Of a DNA stretch of 64,000 nucleotides, positions 27,587 to 41,714 are shown piece after piece. Every line of letters begins with the position of its first letter. The first letter of the stretch is position 1. Below the pieces are notes generated by a model that was not told the origin of the DNA, did not search any database, and was given only the letters and a program-made list of their open reading frames with translations. This stretch comes from Octopus bimaculoides (lineage: Eukaryota), in contig NC_068994.1 of the NCBI RefSeq assembly GCF_001194135.2, forward strand, positions 1,557,988 to 1,621,987. The letters are read 5' to 3'. The position numbers and the translations under genes are program-made.

Positions 27587-30111
27587 ATATATATATGTAT
27601 ATAGATATATATGCATATACATATATGCATATATATCTTTATATATATATATATATATATAGATAGATAGATATATGTATGTATATACGTATATTCCTAT
27701 ACAACCAAGGCACAATGGCCCCTACCCCCATTATACATTATACATACACGAACCAACAAAGCAGCCACTATAGGGCAGTTCAAGTTGTTAAAAATAGCAG
27801 CGAAATCTCCCTCAAATCATACTGTACAGTCTTTGAAAAATACTTAAGGGATAACATGGTCCAAGGTGCCATAAACATAGAGAAAATGTGATGGCCACGG
27901 TTGGAAAGCCTTTACTAGATTTGTTCATTTAGGCTCACTAAAGGGAATACCACAGTACACCCACATAAAAACACATATACATGTTTATGTGTTCTGTTGT
28001 TTTATGAGTGCATGTATGTATATCCATGCATGCAATGGTATACATATTCATACACACACACACACACACCCCCCACACCCATATGTGCCCATTCACACAG
28101 AAATCATTGGAACGTCTTCACTTAAACGAAAAAGCTTCATTGCTTTGGTAGAGACCGGCTGGAATTGTGTGTAAAACACGCATACAATATACATACATAT
28201 GCATATACACAAACATATATACAATATACATACATACACACAAACATATACAATATACATACATATGCATATACATGCATACATACCTACAGATAAACAT
28301 GCATATATATATATGTATATATATATATATACACACACGTATGTATACACTGCTACACATATGTAGATAATGTGTATATACACGTTTACACATCAGCTAG
28401 AGCAGGAACAAATAAGAAAACCTCTTTGTGGAACAAATTGCTAGAAATAGAAACCAAATCACCTTCAAACTGCAACCTTACTGTCTTTCAAGAAAAGGAC
28501 ACATTCTGTTATATATTTCAAGGTGATGGGCATGGTTCGGATAATTCTGGCAACAGGTCTGTTGAATTGGAAATGAATTTGGGCCTAACAACAGCAACAA
28601 CACAGCGTATTAGATACAGTACACACACAGGTACTATGTACAGACCATAACGTAGATACACACACACAACATACAAATATACACTAGTTGTAAGCATACA
28701 TACTATGTATATACACACATCATTTAATACAAGGATACTGCTATATCTTAATATCATAACATATATTTTCATATATATGTGTATATACACATTCACACAC
28801 TCCTATATACACCATACACACACATACATGCATTTATATACGTGTGTTCTGTTCTATTTTAATTATTTGAAATCTGCCTCTGACGAAAGAGTTGGACTCT
28901 TCTTAACAAAGACGCAAAGCTCCATCGTTGGAATGGAGAAAACAAAACCCAAGTCACATTCTGAACTTGACAAAACTCTTGCATATCACATGTATATATG
29001 TCTGTGTGTATGTGAGTGTGTATATACAACTTTATAATAATTATTATGTATAAAGTTTGCACACAATATAACGAGAATGTATATAATATGTATGTAGAGT
29101 AGTGTATTGATTGTATTTTGCATACAGTGTGTAACGGATACAGTGGGTATAAATTGGGTGTTATGTGTATATATATATGGAATGTATAATAGGCATAATG
29201 AGTGTAGTGTGTGTATGTATTTATGTATGTATGTATGTGTGTATGTATTTATGTATGTAGGTATGTGTGTATGTATATATGTGTGTACATATCTATGTGT
29301 GTGTATATATGTATGTGTAGATAGATAGATAGGTAGACAGATAGACAGATAGATAGATTTATAAATAAATAGCGGGATAAATAGAGAGATAGGTAGACAG
29401 ATAAATTCAAAGGCAGATAGAGAGATAGACCACTAGCTACCTAGATAGATGAATAGATAGATGTAGAGAGAAGGAGAAAAAGAGAGGAAGATATATATAG
29501 GGAAAGTGAAAGTAGAACTGAAGGGAGATAATTTAACAAAAGAAATGTCTTCTATGGTGTGTTTGTGTGTGTATGTAAGTATCATGTATATAGCCTGTGT
29601 TTTGTACTGTTTATAACTATTGTCTGTGAGTGTTCTTAGTGTGTGTGTGTGTATGTGTGTAATGTTTATGGGTGAGAAAGTGTGTATGCGTGTGTGTTTG
29701 ATAGAAAGGGCAGATTAGGAGAAGCAGGAAATGAGGGGATGTCACCTGCACATGATCTGCTGCTGATCATGTGACTGCACGCCATTCAACAGGATCGAAC
29801 ACACAAACACACACACACAGCAACTGACTAAGATCTTAATGGAAGCTGCATTGTGATTACATACAAATATATACACACCACTATATTGATCAATGCATGT
29901 GTGTATATATATATATATGTGTGATTGTGTGTATGTATCTATTTATGCATGTTTGCATGTATGTATGTATGAATGTATTCCTGTGTATGTATGTGCATAT
30001 CGATCAGTGTATAGTCTCTCCCTACCAATCTATGTGTGTGTGCACTTATACACACACAAACACATTTGTGCACATATATCAATGTATATGTATATATATA
30101 CACACACAAAC

Positions 30112-30147
<36 letters not shown>

Positions 30148-31234
30148 GTATGTATACTTACACATGTGTGTGTGTATCTCTTTCTTTCTTACTATGTATG
30201 GATATATATATATATGCATATTTATTTGTGTATGTGTTCATATATATATGTATATATACATACAATCACGCATAGAAAGAGAGAGAAAGAAAGAGAAGCG
30301 CAGACAGTGTAGTAGTAGGATTACTACATGCATACATACATTCATGAACATACTCACAGACATACACACACACACATACATACAATACCATATCGGTAGC
30401 ACTATCATACAAATGCCGTCAAAATGTAGTGGCAGTAACTGACACACACACACACACTTACACATATGTATAGGCATATGTATGTATATACACACATGCA
30501 TATATGCATATATATATACATATATACAGAGAATTACAGACTTGTTCCTTCTAAGGTATTTGAGGATGATTTGCCTGTTGATTCTAGCAGTTCGAGGGGG
30601 AACTAAAGAGAGAGAGAGAGAAAAACAGAGACAGAGCAGCCGACAACTCCAGTATGACCACCACCACAGATGGACAGCAATCAACATGTCCACAACAGGC
30701 ACACTGGAACAATAAACTAGTGAATATCAGTGTAGTGGTGGCAGTGGTTGCGATGTTGGTGGTGTTATAGGCAGTTGTATTACACACACACACACACATA
30801 CATAAATGTGTAGTGGCAGCAGTATTCACACACACACACACAGAAACACATAGTCTAACACACATATATTGTATTAGCAGTGCTACACACTAACATCAAG
30901 TGTGATGGTAGCAGTACTACACTTGCTGACACACTCATATGAACATACTCACACACACACTGCATGAATGCAATATAACGGTGGCAGGGTTGTGCACACA
31001 CACACACACACACACACACGCTTATTTGGCATACTGGATCTGTTGATGTCATTTATTCAGAGTAGAGCCAACACCTCATCACCACCCAGACTGTCACAGT
31101 ACATAGCCAGGATACCCAGGGTACTTAGGCTGGTCTGTCATTAGACAGAGATATGAGATAGACAAATAGACGGACAATTGTATCCCACTCAGCCACCCCT
31201 ACCACATTCAGAATGGTCCGATGGATCAGAGAAG

Positions 31235-31280
<46 letters not shown>

Positions 31281-32225
31281 ACACTGGCACACAATAACAA
31301 CAACCACATTCTTTATTTTTCACTCATTCATTCACACACACACTCTCCTTCTCTCTCTCATCCTTTCAATCTTAGCACCTCGCCATCTTTCCCTCCCTTC
31401 CCCCTCCTATCTAATACCACTCCCCTTTAACTCTCTCTCGTCTACCCTCCCCCTCCCTACCATCAGCTATTTATTGATTTCCTTCGTTTTCTCAGATTCT
31501 TTTCTTCTGTCACTCATTCCTTTCACACACACATTCATTCCTTCCCCCTCTCTCTCTCTCCTTCTCTTTCTATACTCATCCTTCTACTCACACTGCACCC
31601 TCTAACTATCCCTACATATCCTTTCTTTTATATCTACAACTCTTCTCCCTCCCCTCAATTTTCCCCTGCACTCTTCTCTCCACTTTTTCCCTCTTCTCTC
31701 ACACTCAACCTCCCTCTATGTCATTTAGAGACCTCACTCCAGTGTCTCACTCACTTAGTGAGGCTCTATTATTACATATGATCTTCTTCTTCTCGCCACT
31801 CACCATCAGCTACACACACACCAAACTGACTTAGCTTCACCTGCACACACACACATTCATATGTGTGCGTGTGTGTGTATGCATATATATGTACTTCTGC
31901 ATATATATATATATATATTTGTATATTTGTAATATAGATAAATGTGTGTGTGCCTGTCAGTCTGTGTATGTGTGTATGTGATTGTATGAATGCTTTTAGC
32001 TTGGTGGTATGTTGTGTTTGTGTGTATATATGTATGTGAATATTGTGTTTATATATGTTTCTTTGTGTGTGCATGCTTCAATTTGCATGGCATTAGTCTC
32101 AGGAGAATAAGATCCCTTTTGAAGGGCTCTGACACTCTGAAATGAAAGGTCAGTGCTCACATGACCTTTCAAGATCCTATTAAGTGTCGGTCTTTGGATA
32201 CACCTGAATCATGTTCTTGGCAATA

Positions 32226-32309
<84 letters not shown>

Positions 32310-33709
32310 CTAGCATATTCAAAGAGTTTACATTACAATAAAAACAAAAGAAAAGAACCTGAAAACCAAGCAAAGAATCATTATGCATTAATAAGGATTC
32401 TAACCACCCTCCCACGATTAGATATTTCACCATCGGTAATATTAGGACTCCAATTCCAAAATTCTCATCAAATATGTAAACACTCAATAAAACCATCTCT
32501 GTGTATCATATCCTTATATAGAGTACATTTATTTATCAAACGCAGTATATTGGACAAACTATACAAAAAACACAGTATGCAGAGAAACAAGGAGATAATC
32601 TGATATTACCTGTCATGTTGCAGAATATTGCTTATAAATATAGCAACAAATTTTGTTATTTGTTTGCATCACTTTCTGATTTCACATTAGTATCATAAGA
32701 TATTTAAGAAGGCATGTGTAAATTTCAGCTTTAGGTGTTTTGATAAAATAAATCTCCAAATTTGTCACTATTACCAAAACCTCAGAAACACCCTACAACC
32801 ACAATAATCTGAAGGCAACTGAAAAAAAAACCCTACATTGTCCTCTCAATAGAAAATACCTATTAAAGGCATTGCTGTACAGATCTAATATATAAAAAAA
32901 AGAAACGCGTGTTACTGGAATGTACATATAGAGGATTGACATAAAACACTTTCAAAACTTGACATATGTAACATATCCATTCATTTAGATCCAGAAATTA
33001 GTTCAACTTGACATCACTCTTTCATTATAAATAGAAACTAAACGATACAAGAACCAATGCGATTACTATATAAGGGAGATTTTTCGAACTAGCCCTGGCA
33101 TACAATAGCAAGAACAATAGATAGAATTTATGGGTGGGAGAGTAATAAATAAACAGTCTTATCAGCTAACATCTCAAAACGAAAAGAAAAGACATTTTCC
33201 ACATATCTATATAAGGAAAATTCAGACACACTCCTCAGTCAGATTCATTAGAAATATAAACAGGATGATTTTTCCTCCTAAATAAACAATTACAATATGA
33301 AACGAGGTAAAAATTAACATCTATGAAATATGTATTTAGAATAGTCTCCCTGAAAAATCAAGAAATCATGCCATATGTAAATTAGGAGTTATCTCCCTTA
33401 GTGAGCCATTAATATCACATGACCTGAGATGATGAATAAAATTCAAATATCCAGTATTTGACAACACCGTGGTATTTTATAAAACTATTTTACCTGAATG
33501 AACTCTGAGAAGCAATGGGGCAAGGCACCAGCTATATATAAATAAATATTGATACTCTGCAATATGTGTTCAATATTTATATATATTCATAGATAAGAAC
33601 AATCATATAGTAATATGTAATGTATATTACATAATTACTTGCACAGTTATTTAATCAAAACCAAATGAACAAATATAACACAGAAATACAAAATGGCTAT
33701 ATAAAGATC

Positions 33710-33743
<34 letters not shown>

Positions 33744-33829
33744 AGATAACTTAGATTGGTTTCAGCCATTATCGTCCCAGGCAATCACTAACTCAATAGC
33801 ACCACCTGGAAAAGTCTTTTAGTTAATTA

Positions 33830-34110
33830 TTTCAGGATACCATGGATCACTCAAGCAGAGAATTGTTGTTGGTGAGGTGTATCCAGGTGTATGTGGTTTA
33901 TCCGGTATTTCCTGGAGGAATTTGTCCAGGTGCTGTTTGAAAGTTGTGAGGTCCTTTTCTACTTTAATTTCTTTCGTGACAACATTGAAAAGTTCAGGAC
34001 CATTTGCATTGAAGAAATTGTGTCGCAATGTTCTTATGTGATGTGATCTTGACCTTTGTAGGGGGTGCATTGCATGGGGGCCTGGCCTTGGCTGAATTGT
34101 AAACATAATA
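33830..34110 (-). mobile_element. CR1/L2-like LINE ORF2 3' end remnant
   Basis: ORF 33819..34130 contains TLRHNFFNANGPELFNVVTKEIK...FKQHLDKFLQEIPDKP..PGY, typical of the C-terminus of CR1/L2-group LINE ORF2. Confidence 0.7.
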
Positions 34111-36559
34111 CCATGTATATGCATGTGCATGTAGGGTGTGTATGTATAACAGGAATGCCGTGATACTGATTATGGATATCCACAATATGAGAATAAAGTA
34201 GTAATGTGAAGTCATGGTGGGTTGTTTTTGCTGTCATTGTGAATATTTACAAAAAATAAAATTTGGAGACTACGACATCTCATATATAAGTCTTGAAATC
34301 ACTGTTGGGAAGCAATATGAGAGATTTTGAATCAATGATGCAAGTCAGTCCAGCTGCTAGAAATAATAGCAATATCCCCTTCCTCAAATCACACATTAAC
34401 ATTTAAAAAAACAGAAATTCAAATTTTACAAGCGGGGGGGGAAGGAGAGGAAGAGAAGAGAGAGAAAGTAAAAGAGAGGGAGTAGGAGTAAGAGAAAGAC
34501 AAGCTTCCTCCTCCAAGACTGGTGAGTGGAGTGGTGGTGGTCGTGGTGGGAGGAATCTGCTTTAGACACTTGCAAAGGAACAGACTCTACTAAAGGTCCA
34601 TATGGGGGTATAAATAGTCTCTGTGACGACTGGGTCAAGCTGAAATGATTATATGAGGGGTACCACAAAATGGGATTGAACCCAGAACCATGTCATCGGG
34701 AAGTGAACTTTTGAAGCACACTTTTTAACCATGTCTGCATCCCTTAAATAAGGAAGGCCATATGAAACAATGTAATCCCAAGCATACAAAATATCATGGA
34801 GGGCATGGCTGGAACGGTTTCAGTCATCAGGTCTGGTTAATTAGAACTGAGCTGGGACTAAACAACAATGCTTTCAAATTAGGGGAGAAGGGGGTATGTT
34901 AATCCCATCATCCCCAGAGCTCAACTGGTCCTTATTTAATCAACTCTGAAAGGATGAAAGGCAAAGTCAACCTCGGTGGAATTTGAACTCAGAACCTAAA
35001 GACAGACGAAAGACCACAATGTATTTTGTCTGACATGCTACCAAGTCTACCTTAGCATCAACAAACTCATATTACTAATGGAAAAAGATTTGTTGAGAAA
35101 GTTGATCTCCGATAATAAAGAAGGAGCCAAGGGAAATAACTCAAATCAGGTCGATGATGATGTACTGAATGATGTCTTCATTAAATTTTCATTAATTTAC
35201 CTCTTTGTTGGAGAAAGAAATCAAAAACCTAGTGGTGCCTGTGAGTGAATCTCAAATACAAGGGGAGCTAATTTCAAGCAATTTAGAACTTAGTTTAGAG
35301 AACGCTCAATGTTGTGGTTATTGTTGCATAACCCTCCACCACTGGAGCCAGCAAATCCATGGTATGTAGTTAAGCAGTAAGTAAAAGGTAAATGAACTTA
35401 ACTGCCCAACAACATTTTACCACCAATCCAACCATAACCACCCTGCTCTGTTGGTGTGTAAGAAACAATATATTCAAGCTAAAAATCGGATTTGTTGTTG
35501 TTGTTGTTACTCGTCACTATTGTTGTTTTTCATAACGAGTCACCTCTAATTGAGTAGGAGCTTCCCAGGAGGCTAACATATAGAATATAGACAATCGCAG
35601 AAAAATTTTATTCAATTAAAATTATACCTGTAATTAATATAAAACTCATTAGCACTAATCATATTTGTTGTCCAGAAAGGCAAGGAGACAACTCCAAGAC
35701 CCGAAATGACAAAAGTTTGATTGAAATATGTATTGTGGAGTGTATAAGATCATTAGTAAATACTGTGGACATGTTTCTGCCTTATTAGTTTTTCTCAGTG
35801 ATATATAATTTTACCATCCCTGATGATAAGTAAAAAAACAAAAAAAACATTTACAAATTAAGGGTTTTAGAGAGTTCACAACATTAACTATGACAGCTGC
35901 CAATTAACTGTATATTCTTCCTGCAAAAGACATCCCTGGGAAATTTTTCCTGTGACATTATTTTGAATTGTGAAAATTACAAAGGATCTATCATCCTTTG
36001 CAGTGATTTGAACTCAAAACATAGAGGGATGTAACTAAATACCAAAAATTGCATGTTGTTAGCTACAAGGAGATATATTGGGGAGGTGAGGCTGGTAGAG
36101 GCTGTTAAATCGATTATATCAATTAACAATAATCAATAATTGATATTTTAAACACTGGGATCATAGTTATTGATTTGTTTGAAAATATATTGATAACTTT
36201 AAAGCCTGAGGCATTTTCTCACTTCCTCCTCCTCCTCCCTCTCTCCTTCTGTATTTCTCTTTCTCCCCTATCTCCCTCCCTCACTCAATCCCCTTCTNNN
36301 NNNNNNNCTGTATTTCTCTTTCTCCCCTATCTCCCTCCCTCACTCAATCCCCTTCTCCCTCTCTCCTTCCTTCTCTCCCTGTTTCTCCTCTCTTACTCTC
36401 CTCCCATTGCTATGTCAGTACCACCCTGGGCCCTTTAAGAGTTTTTGAAATGATTCAAGTCTGTCCGTGTATCTGTATGTGGGGGAGAGAGAGAAAAAGA
36501 GATGGAATGTGTGATGACGAAATAACCACAGACTAAGATGGTGGTAGGTGGGTGTGGTG

Positions 36560-37270
36560 GTGGCGGTGGGCTGGTTGCTGAACATTAAGTGGGACACATT
36601 AATCAGAGCCAGGATAATGAGAGTGATGAGTTTAATATGTTGAAGTAAAAAGACAGGGTGGTCATGATTGGAATGTTTGACAACCTGACGCTAAACAAGA
36701 TGGGACACTTTATACAATGTAGTCCTAGATAGACGATGTCTGAATGAATGAGTGACTTGTTAGTCAACTGGAATGTCTGTGATCATCAGTCTGCTGGATC
36801 AAGACTAATGAGCTTGGTGGGGGGGGGGGGGTACTAAACAACAGCAACAAGGTCTAATTAGGGTAACGAGCTTCTACATGTTCACCGAGCTTGCTAGAAA
36901 TAGAAGCTAAATCCCCTTAAATCACATATTGTCAAAAAAAGGAAAGAACAGATTAGATAATGTAGTCCTAGATACACTATGTCTGTAAAATATGATGGCG
37001 GGAGAATAGTTAGAATGTCTTGATCATAGGTTTGCGAGATCAGGAATGACCTAGGGTTAAACAGCAACAACAGCAAAGCAACATAATCAGAGCAAAAAAG
37101 GGCCTTCATGTGGACACTCGGGCTGGTAGAAATAGCAGCCAAAACTCATTTAAATTACATTCTGCTAACTTATGAAAGAAAGGATATAGTGGATAATCTC
37201 AATGTCTGAAAACTATGTGGGACAGTCATGGCTGGATTTGATGTGATCGCTGACCTTGGGTTAAATAACA
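36560..37270 (+). mobile_element. Cluster of 3-4 copies of SINE-like family C. Other copies: 3085-3170 (-), 10720-10790 (-), 13845-13905 (-), 18400-18560 (+), 23000-23130 (+), 24000-24190 (+), 27780-27910 (+), 28440-28600 (+), 40235-40410 (-), 48255-48330 (-), 61560-61625 (+), 63720-63910 (-)
   Basis: Recurrent consensus gctagaaatagcagccaaatctccctcaaatcaca...aatgtagtcctagatacac...ggtcatggctggaatg..tgatcatagg...gacctggggctaaacaacaac. Confidence 0.75.
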
Positions 37271-38429
37271 ACATGGACAACAAAGTGTTAGCAGGAGAGA
37301 AACCATCACTATATTCTCATGTGGGAAATGGGAAGTGTGATAAGTGGGATTGTGTGGCATTCATGCCTTTCTCAGTAACATTATTAGCAAAATTATAGTG
37401 AAGGTAGTCGAATGTGAAGTGGAAGGAAGTCGGATGTTTGGCTTCGATTCCATGAATTATTGAAATATAGTTTCAATAAATAATGGAAGGTAGATGGAAA
37501 TACAGATTAAATAAAGTACTATCACTTTATTGAAGACTGGGTCTTAGGATTCTCTTGTGGCCTACAAACACACACATATAGCATACTGCAGTTGTTTTGT
37601 TGCCTTCAGGTTAGATAGTCACTAAAATCTCTCTTAATATATAATTTACCTCTGGTCCCCAGTGACGATGTCGGGTTTATTAATGTCGACATTGGAGTGA
37701 TTGAGAGATTTCAGAGGAATGTCTTACAAATATTTATATAAAAGTTTGAATATTTCTGACTGTACCCCAGGGTGACCTCAGTACATTTACAGACATACTG
37801 TCATACTCATATATATATATATATATATACATGTCATGTGTGTGTATAACATTATTGTAGATAATATTTTCAAATATATAGCATAAGACTATATATAAAT
37901 ATATATATGTGTGATAGGCTGAGTACATGTATGTGTGTGTGTGGGGTGTATTTTGGTGTGTGTACATTTTTGTGTCTGCTGTGTGTGCATTTCTATGTAT
38001 GTGTGTTTAGAGGTTAGCAGAAGTGGCCCAGTGTGTAAAGAGCCAGTTTATATGACTGAAAACATGCTACCAACCAATCGATTGCAACAAGATTATTGAT
38101 CACTTAGTGATCAATGATATAAGGAGCAGTCATACAATGGGGTTATGGTTACATTGACATGGTTTTCACTCAAATATAACCCTTTCATTTAAACCATTTA
38201 CACTGACTGAGGTTAAAATGTTGACTTAACGAGCCTATAATTTCCAGTTCAATCTCAGTGCACAGCACTTTGGACAAGTGTCTTCTACCATAGCCTTGGA
38301 TAGACTTAAAGTATTATGACTTGAATTCATCATCATTATTCTTCTCCTCCGACATCCCCCTCTCCCTCCCCTCCTTCTCATCATCATCATCGTCATCATT
38401 CCCTGAGCATTTCTGTCTTCATGTCTTAG

Positions 38430-38655
38430 AACACACGGGGCTGATTACCAAGTTCCCATGGCATATAAGTGACCAAAACTCAAAACATTCTCCCCTGGAT
38501 GTGACACAAGTCCATCGCAGGGGTGACCCATCTACAGCTGAGTGGACAGGAGTGATGTGAAATGAAGTGTCTTGCTCAAGAACTCAATGCACCACTGCTA
38601 GTTTGGGACTCGAAACCATGATCTTCTGATCATGAATGCAACAGCCCAACCACAA
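38430..38655 (-). mobile_element. SINE fragment (tRNA-head type)
   Basis: Plus strand tgaagtgtcttgctcaagaactcaatgc...gggactcgaaaccatgatc is the reverse complement of a B-box-containing SINE head. Confidence 0.5.
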
Positions 38656-39504
38656 TAATGTGTGTAGGAACAATCGATCTGTGGAAGCATTTTAACACCA
38701 CTCTCTCATCCATGGATACCTTTAAGAGGGTCCCCTCTGATGTAAGCCTTTAGTGTATCTCTTTGGTTTCAACCTTCTGGCCCCTTTTTGACTTGTGACC
38801 ATTAAAAGCAGCTGGGACTGAAGGCTTTCAGAGCTAGAACTGATGTAAATGGAGACCTTCATAGGGTTATGTTCTCTGTGTGTGTAACTAGGGGCTGTTT
38901 CCTGGCTGAACTGGTTGGGGGACACCCAGGGATTAAATAGCAACAACAACCTTCAATAGTTCTGTCAAGATATATGATCATTCTATGTGGATTAAGAGAG
39001 ATTAGTAAACTAGTATCAACATGTTACTAAATTTATGCAACAGGTTTCAAGTTGTGTTTATTTCTCCATACACACATACAATACATATGCACATAAATAG
39101 ACATATATATACATGTATGCGTATTTTTTCAATGTGTATAAATAACACGGAAAAAATAAATAGTTACCAGGGTAGCAAAAATTCACATAAGTGCTAAGAA
39201 TGTTACAACCTACTAATAAAGGTAGAAGTTCTAAGGTTTAGTGAAATGTTTAGATATGGCATAGATAAATTAAGAAATGGAGTTAAATGCAGATTACAAT
39301 GGCCTATTGATGTGTTTTCTTTCTCTTTTTTCCTTGACGAGATGATTATGTTGTCTTACATCATTTTCTTCCCTCGGGAATAATACCAATGTTTTCTTCG
39401 AAACATATGTCGGAAGTATAAAGATTTGAATAACATCTGTGTTTAAATCTATTTCTTAATTTATATATATATATGGATGGATGGATGGATGGATAATATA
39501 GATA

Positions 39505-39830
39505 AAACGTGATTGATGCCAGGGCTGCCTGACTGGCTCCCATGCTGGTGGCATGTAAAAAGCACCATCTGAACGTGACTGATGCCAGTGCACCCTGACT
39601 GGCTCCCGTGCCGGTGACACATTAAAAGCACAAACCGAACGCAGTCAATGCCAGGCATATAAAAATCAGCCACTACACTCTCGGAGTGGTTGGCGTTAGG
39701 AAGGGCATCCAGTTGTAGAAACATTGCCAAATCTGATTGGAGCCTGGTGCAGCCTTCTGGCTCTCCAGATCTGTCAAACCGTCCAACCCATGCCAGCATG
39801 GAAAATGGACATTAAACGATGATGATGAGA
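39505..39830 (+). mobile_element. SINE-like family D with internal gtgccggtggcacgtaaaaagcac repeats and a (GAT)n tail. Other pieces: 23560-23715 (+), 27178-27265 (+, runs into a gap), 50180-50220 (-)
   Basis: ggcgttaggaagggcatccag...gcatggaaaatggacattaaacgatgatgatga and its reverse complement recur. Confidence 0.7.
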
Positions 39831-40172
39831 TAGATAAGATTGAAAACTATAGATAGAAGATAGGTAGACAGATAGATAACTATAGATAGATGTAATGGTA
39901 GATAGACAAACAGACAGACGGATAATGCATAGATAGATAGATGTGTGTGTGATCCCATACAAAAATCCCAGTTCAGCAGCCTCTCATCAGTTTATTAGAG
40001 AACAAAAGGGTTCATACAAACTGTGGGTCCCAGCTGGAGAAAAACTATTATTGTAGGACCTTTATTCTCTGCCTTTCTTTCTTTCTCTCCCCACCCCCAC
40101 ATGCATACACATACACACAGTACTGCTATCTCTCATTTTCTCTTTCTCTCTCTCTCTCTCTGTCAAGCACAA

Positions 40173-40214
<42 letters not shown>

Positions 40215-40985
40215 TCTCTCAACTACAGTAGTTTGATGAGCCCTGGGTCAACCCTGATCCACTAGACCTATGATCAAAGGTAGTCCAACCATAACCATCA
40301 TTTAGAAGTGTATCTAGGATTGCACTGCCTAGTGTCTTTTATTCTTTTAAAATATGCTAGGGAGTGTGATATGAGGGGGGATTTGGCTGCTCTTTCTAGC
40401 TGATGGGCCAACCAGAAAGTGGTCCTCCTTGTTAGTTAGTAGTAGTAGTAGTAATGGTAGTACTGGTGATTGAAGTAGTAGTAGTAGTAGTTGTGGCTGC
40501 TGTGTCATGTGAGAGATGCAGCACAGTGCCAACCAAACATGCACTTAACGCGATGCATTGCGTAATTCATGCACAAGTGGTGGTGGTGGTGATGGTATAG
40601 AGCTTGTGATGGTGGCGGAGTAATGCTAGAAATAATGGTGGAGGTGGTGAGGGTGGTGGCATTGGTTGATAGATGTGGTGGTGGTGGTGGTTTGCAGTTT
40701 TGTAGCCCTCTCCTTAATCTGATTGAGCAGTCTTCTGATCCAAGACATTCTTGCCATGACCAACCAGTCTTATTACTGTGTAGAGGACAAACAACCCCAC
40801 ATGACAAGACTGTAAAGCATGGATTGAGGGAAGTTTAATTGTTATTTCTAGCAGACCAAAGGACCACATAATCTATTGTTCATCCATTGGTGGTGGTGGT
40901 GGTGGTGGTGGTGGTGGTTATAGCAGTGCTTGTCTTTGTGGTATGGAGTGATTGTGGTGGTATATATTGGCACTTGCAGTAGTGT

Positions 40986-41031
<46 letters not shown>

Positions 41032-41351
41032 AGTAGTAGTAGTAGTAGTAGTAATAGAAGTGGTAATCCCTTGTATGTGGCGGGGGGGAAGGAGGGTGGT
41101 ATTTGGTGCCATTCAAAGTGTGGTGGTTGTTGTGATGTGACAGTGAACTGTATGTGGTGTGACACAGGGCGAGGGTTGTAGAGAGAGAAAGAGAGAGAGA
41201 AGACTAGTGTTGATGTGGTGATGGGGTGGATACTCTATGGGAGTGGAGGGGTGGAACTGAACCAGATCTTAGCTACAGTCATGTGTGTGTATATGAGAGT
41301 ATGTATATGTATCTCTCTCTTTCTGCATAGTATAACTGAACGTGTGTGCCT

Positions 41352-41714
41352 ATGCACGCATGTGTGTGTGTATGTGTGTGTGTTCTGAGTGCTGCTGTGG
41401 TTAACGCAATCCAGTACAATTTGAGTCAGATGGTGAGGGGTGGTCAGCAGCCAAACTGGCACTTCCCACCCCCTGCCCCAATCACCTACCCGCCAGAGGT
41501 GAAGGGAATTACTAGAAAAAAACCCAGGAGAGCAAAAAAAAAAAAAAAAAAGGGAGCCCTTCAAAAGGATGAGCGACTCCAGTCTTGGGTCAGCATTGAT
41601 CTAGCAAAAGATTTGTGATGATGAGCAAGTGTAGAGTTGCACTACTTTTGGAGGTGATGGTCATCTCATTGTTGTCCGAACATTTATTTAGGCGAGGGGT
41701 AAAAAGGGAGCAAC
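41352..41714 (-). repeat. ~360-bp repeat, copy 2 (inverted partner at 6364-6714)
   Basis: Same alignment. Both loci also give near-identical ORFs in the track (MKGSLFFFFFCSPGFF..., ...LAKDL) on opposite strands. Confidence 0.95.
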
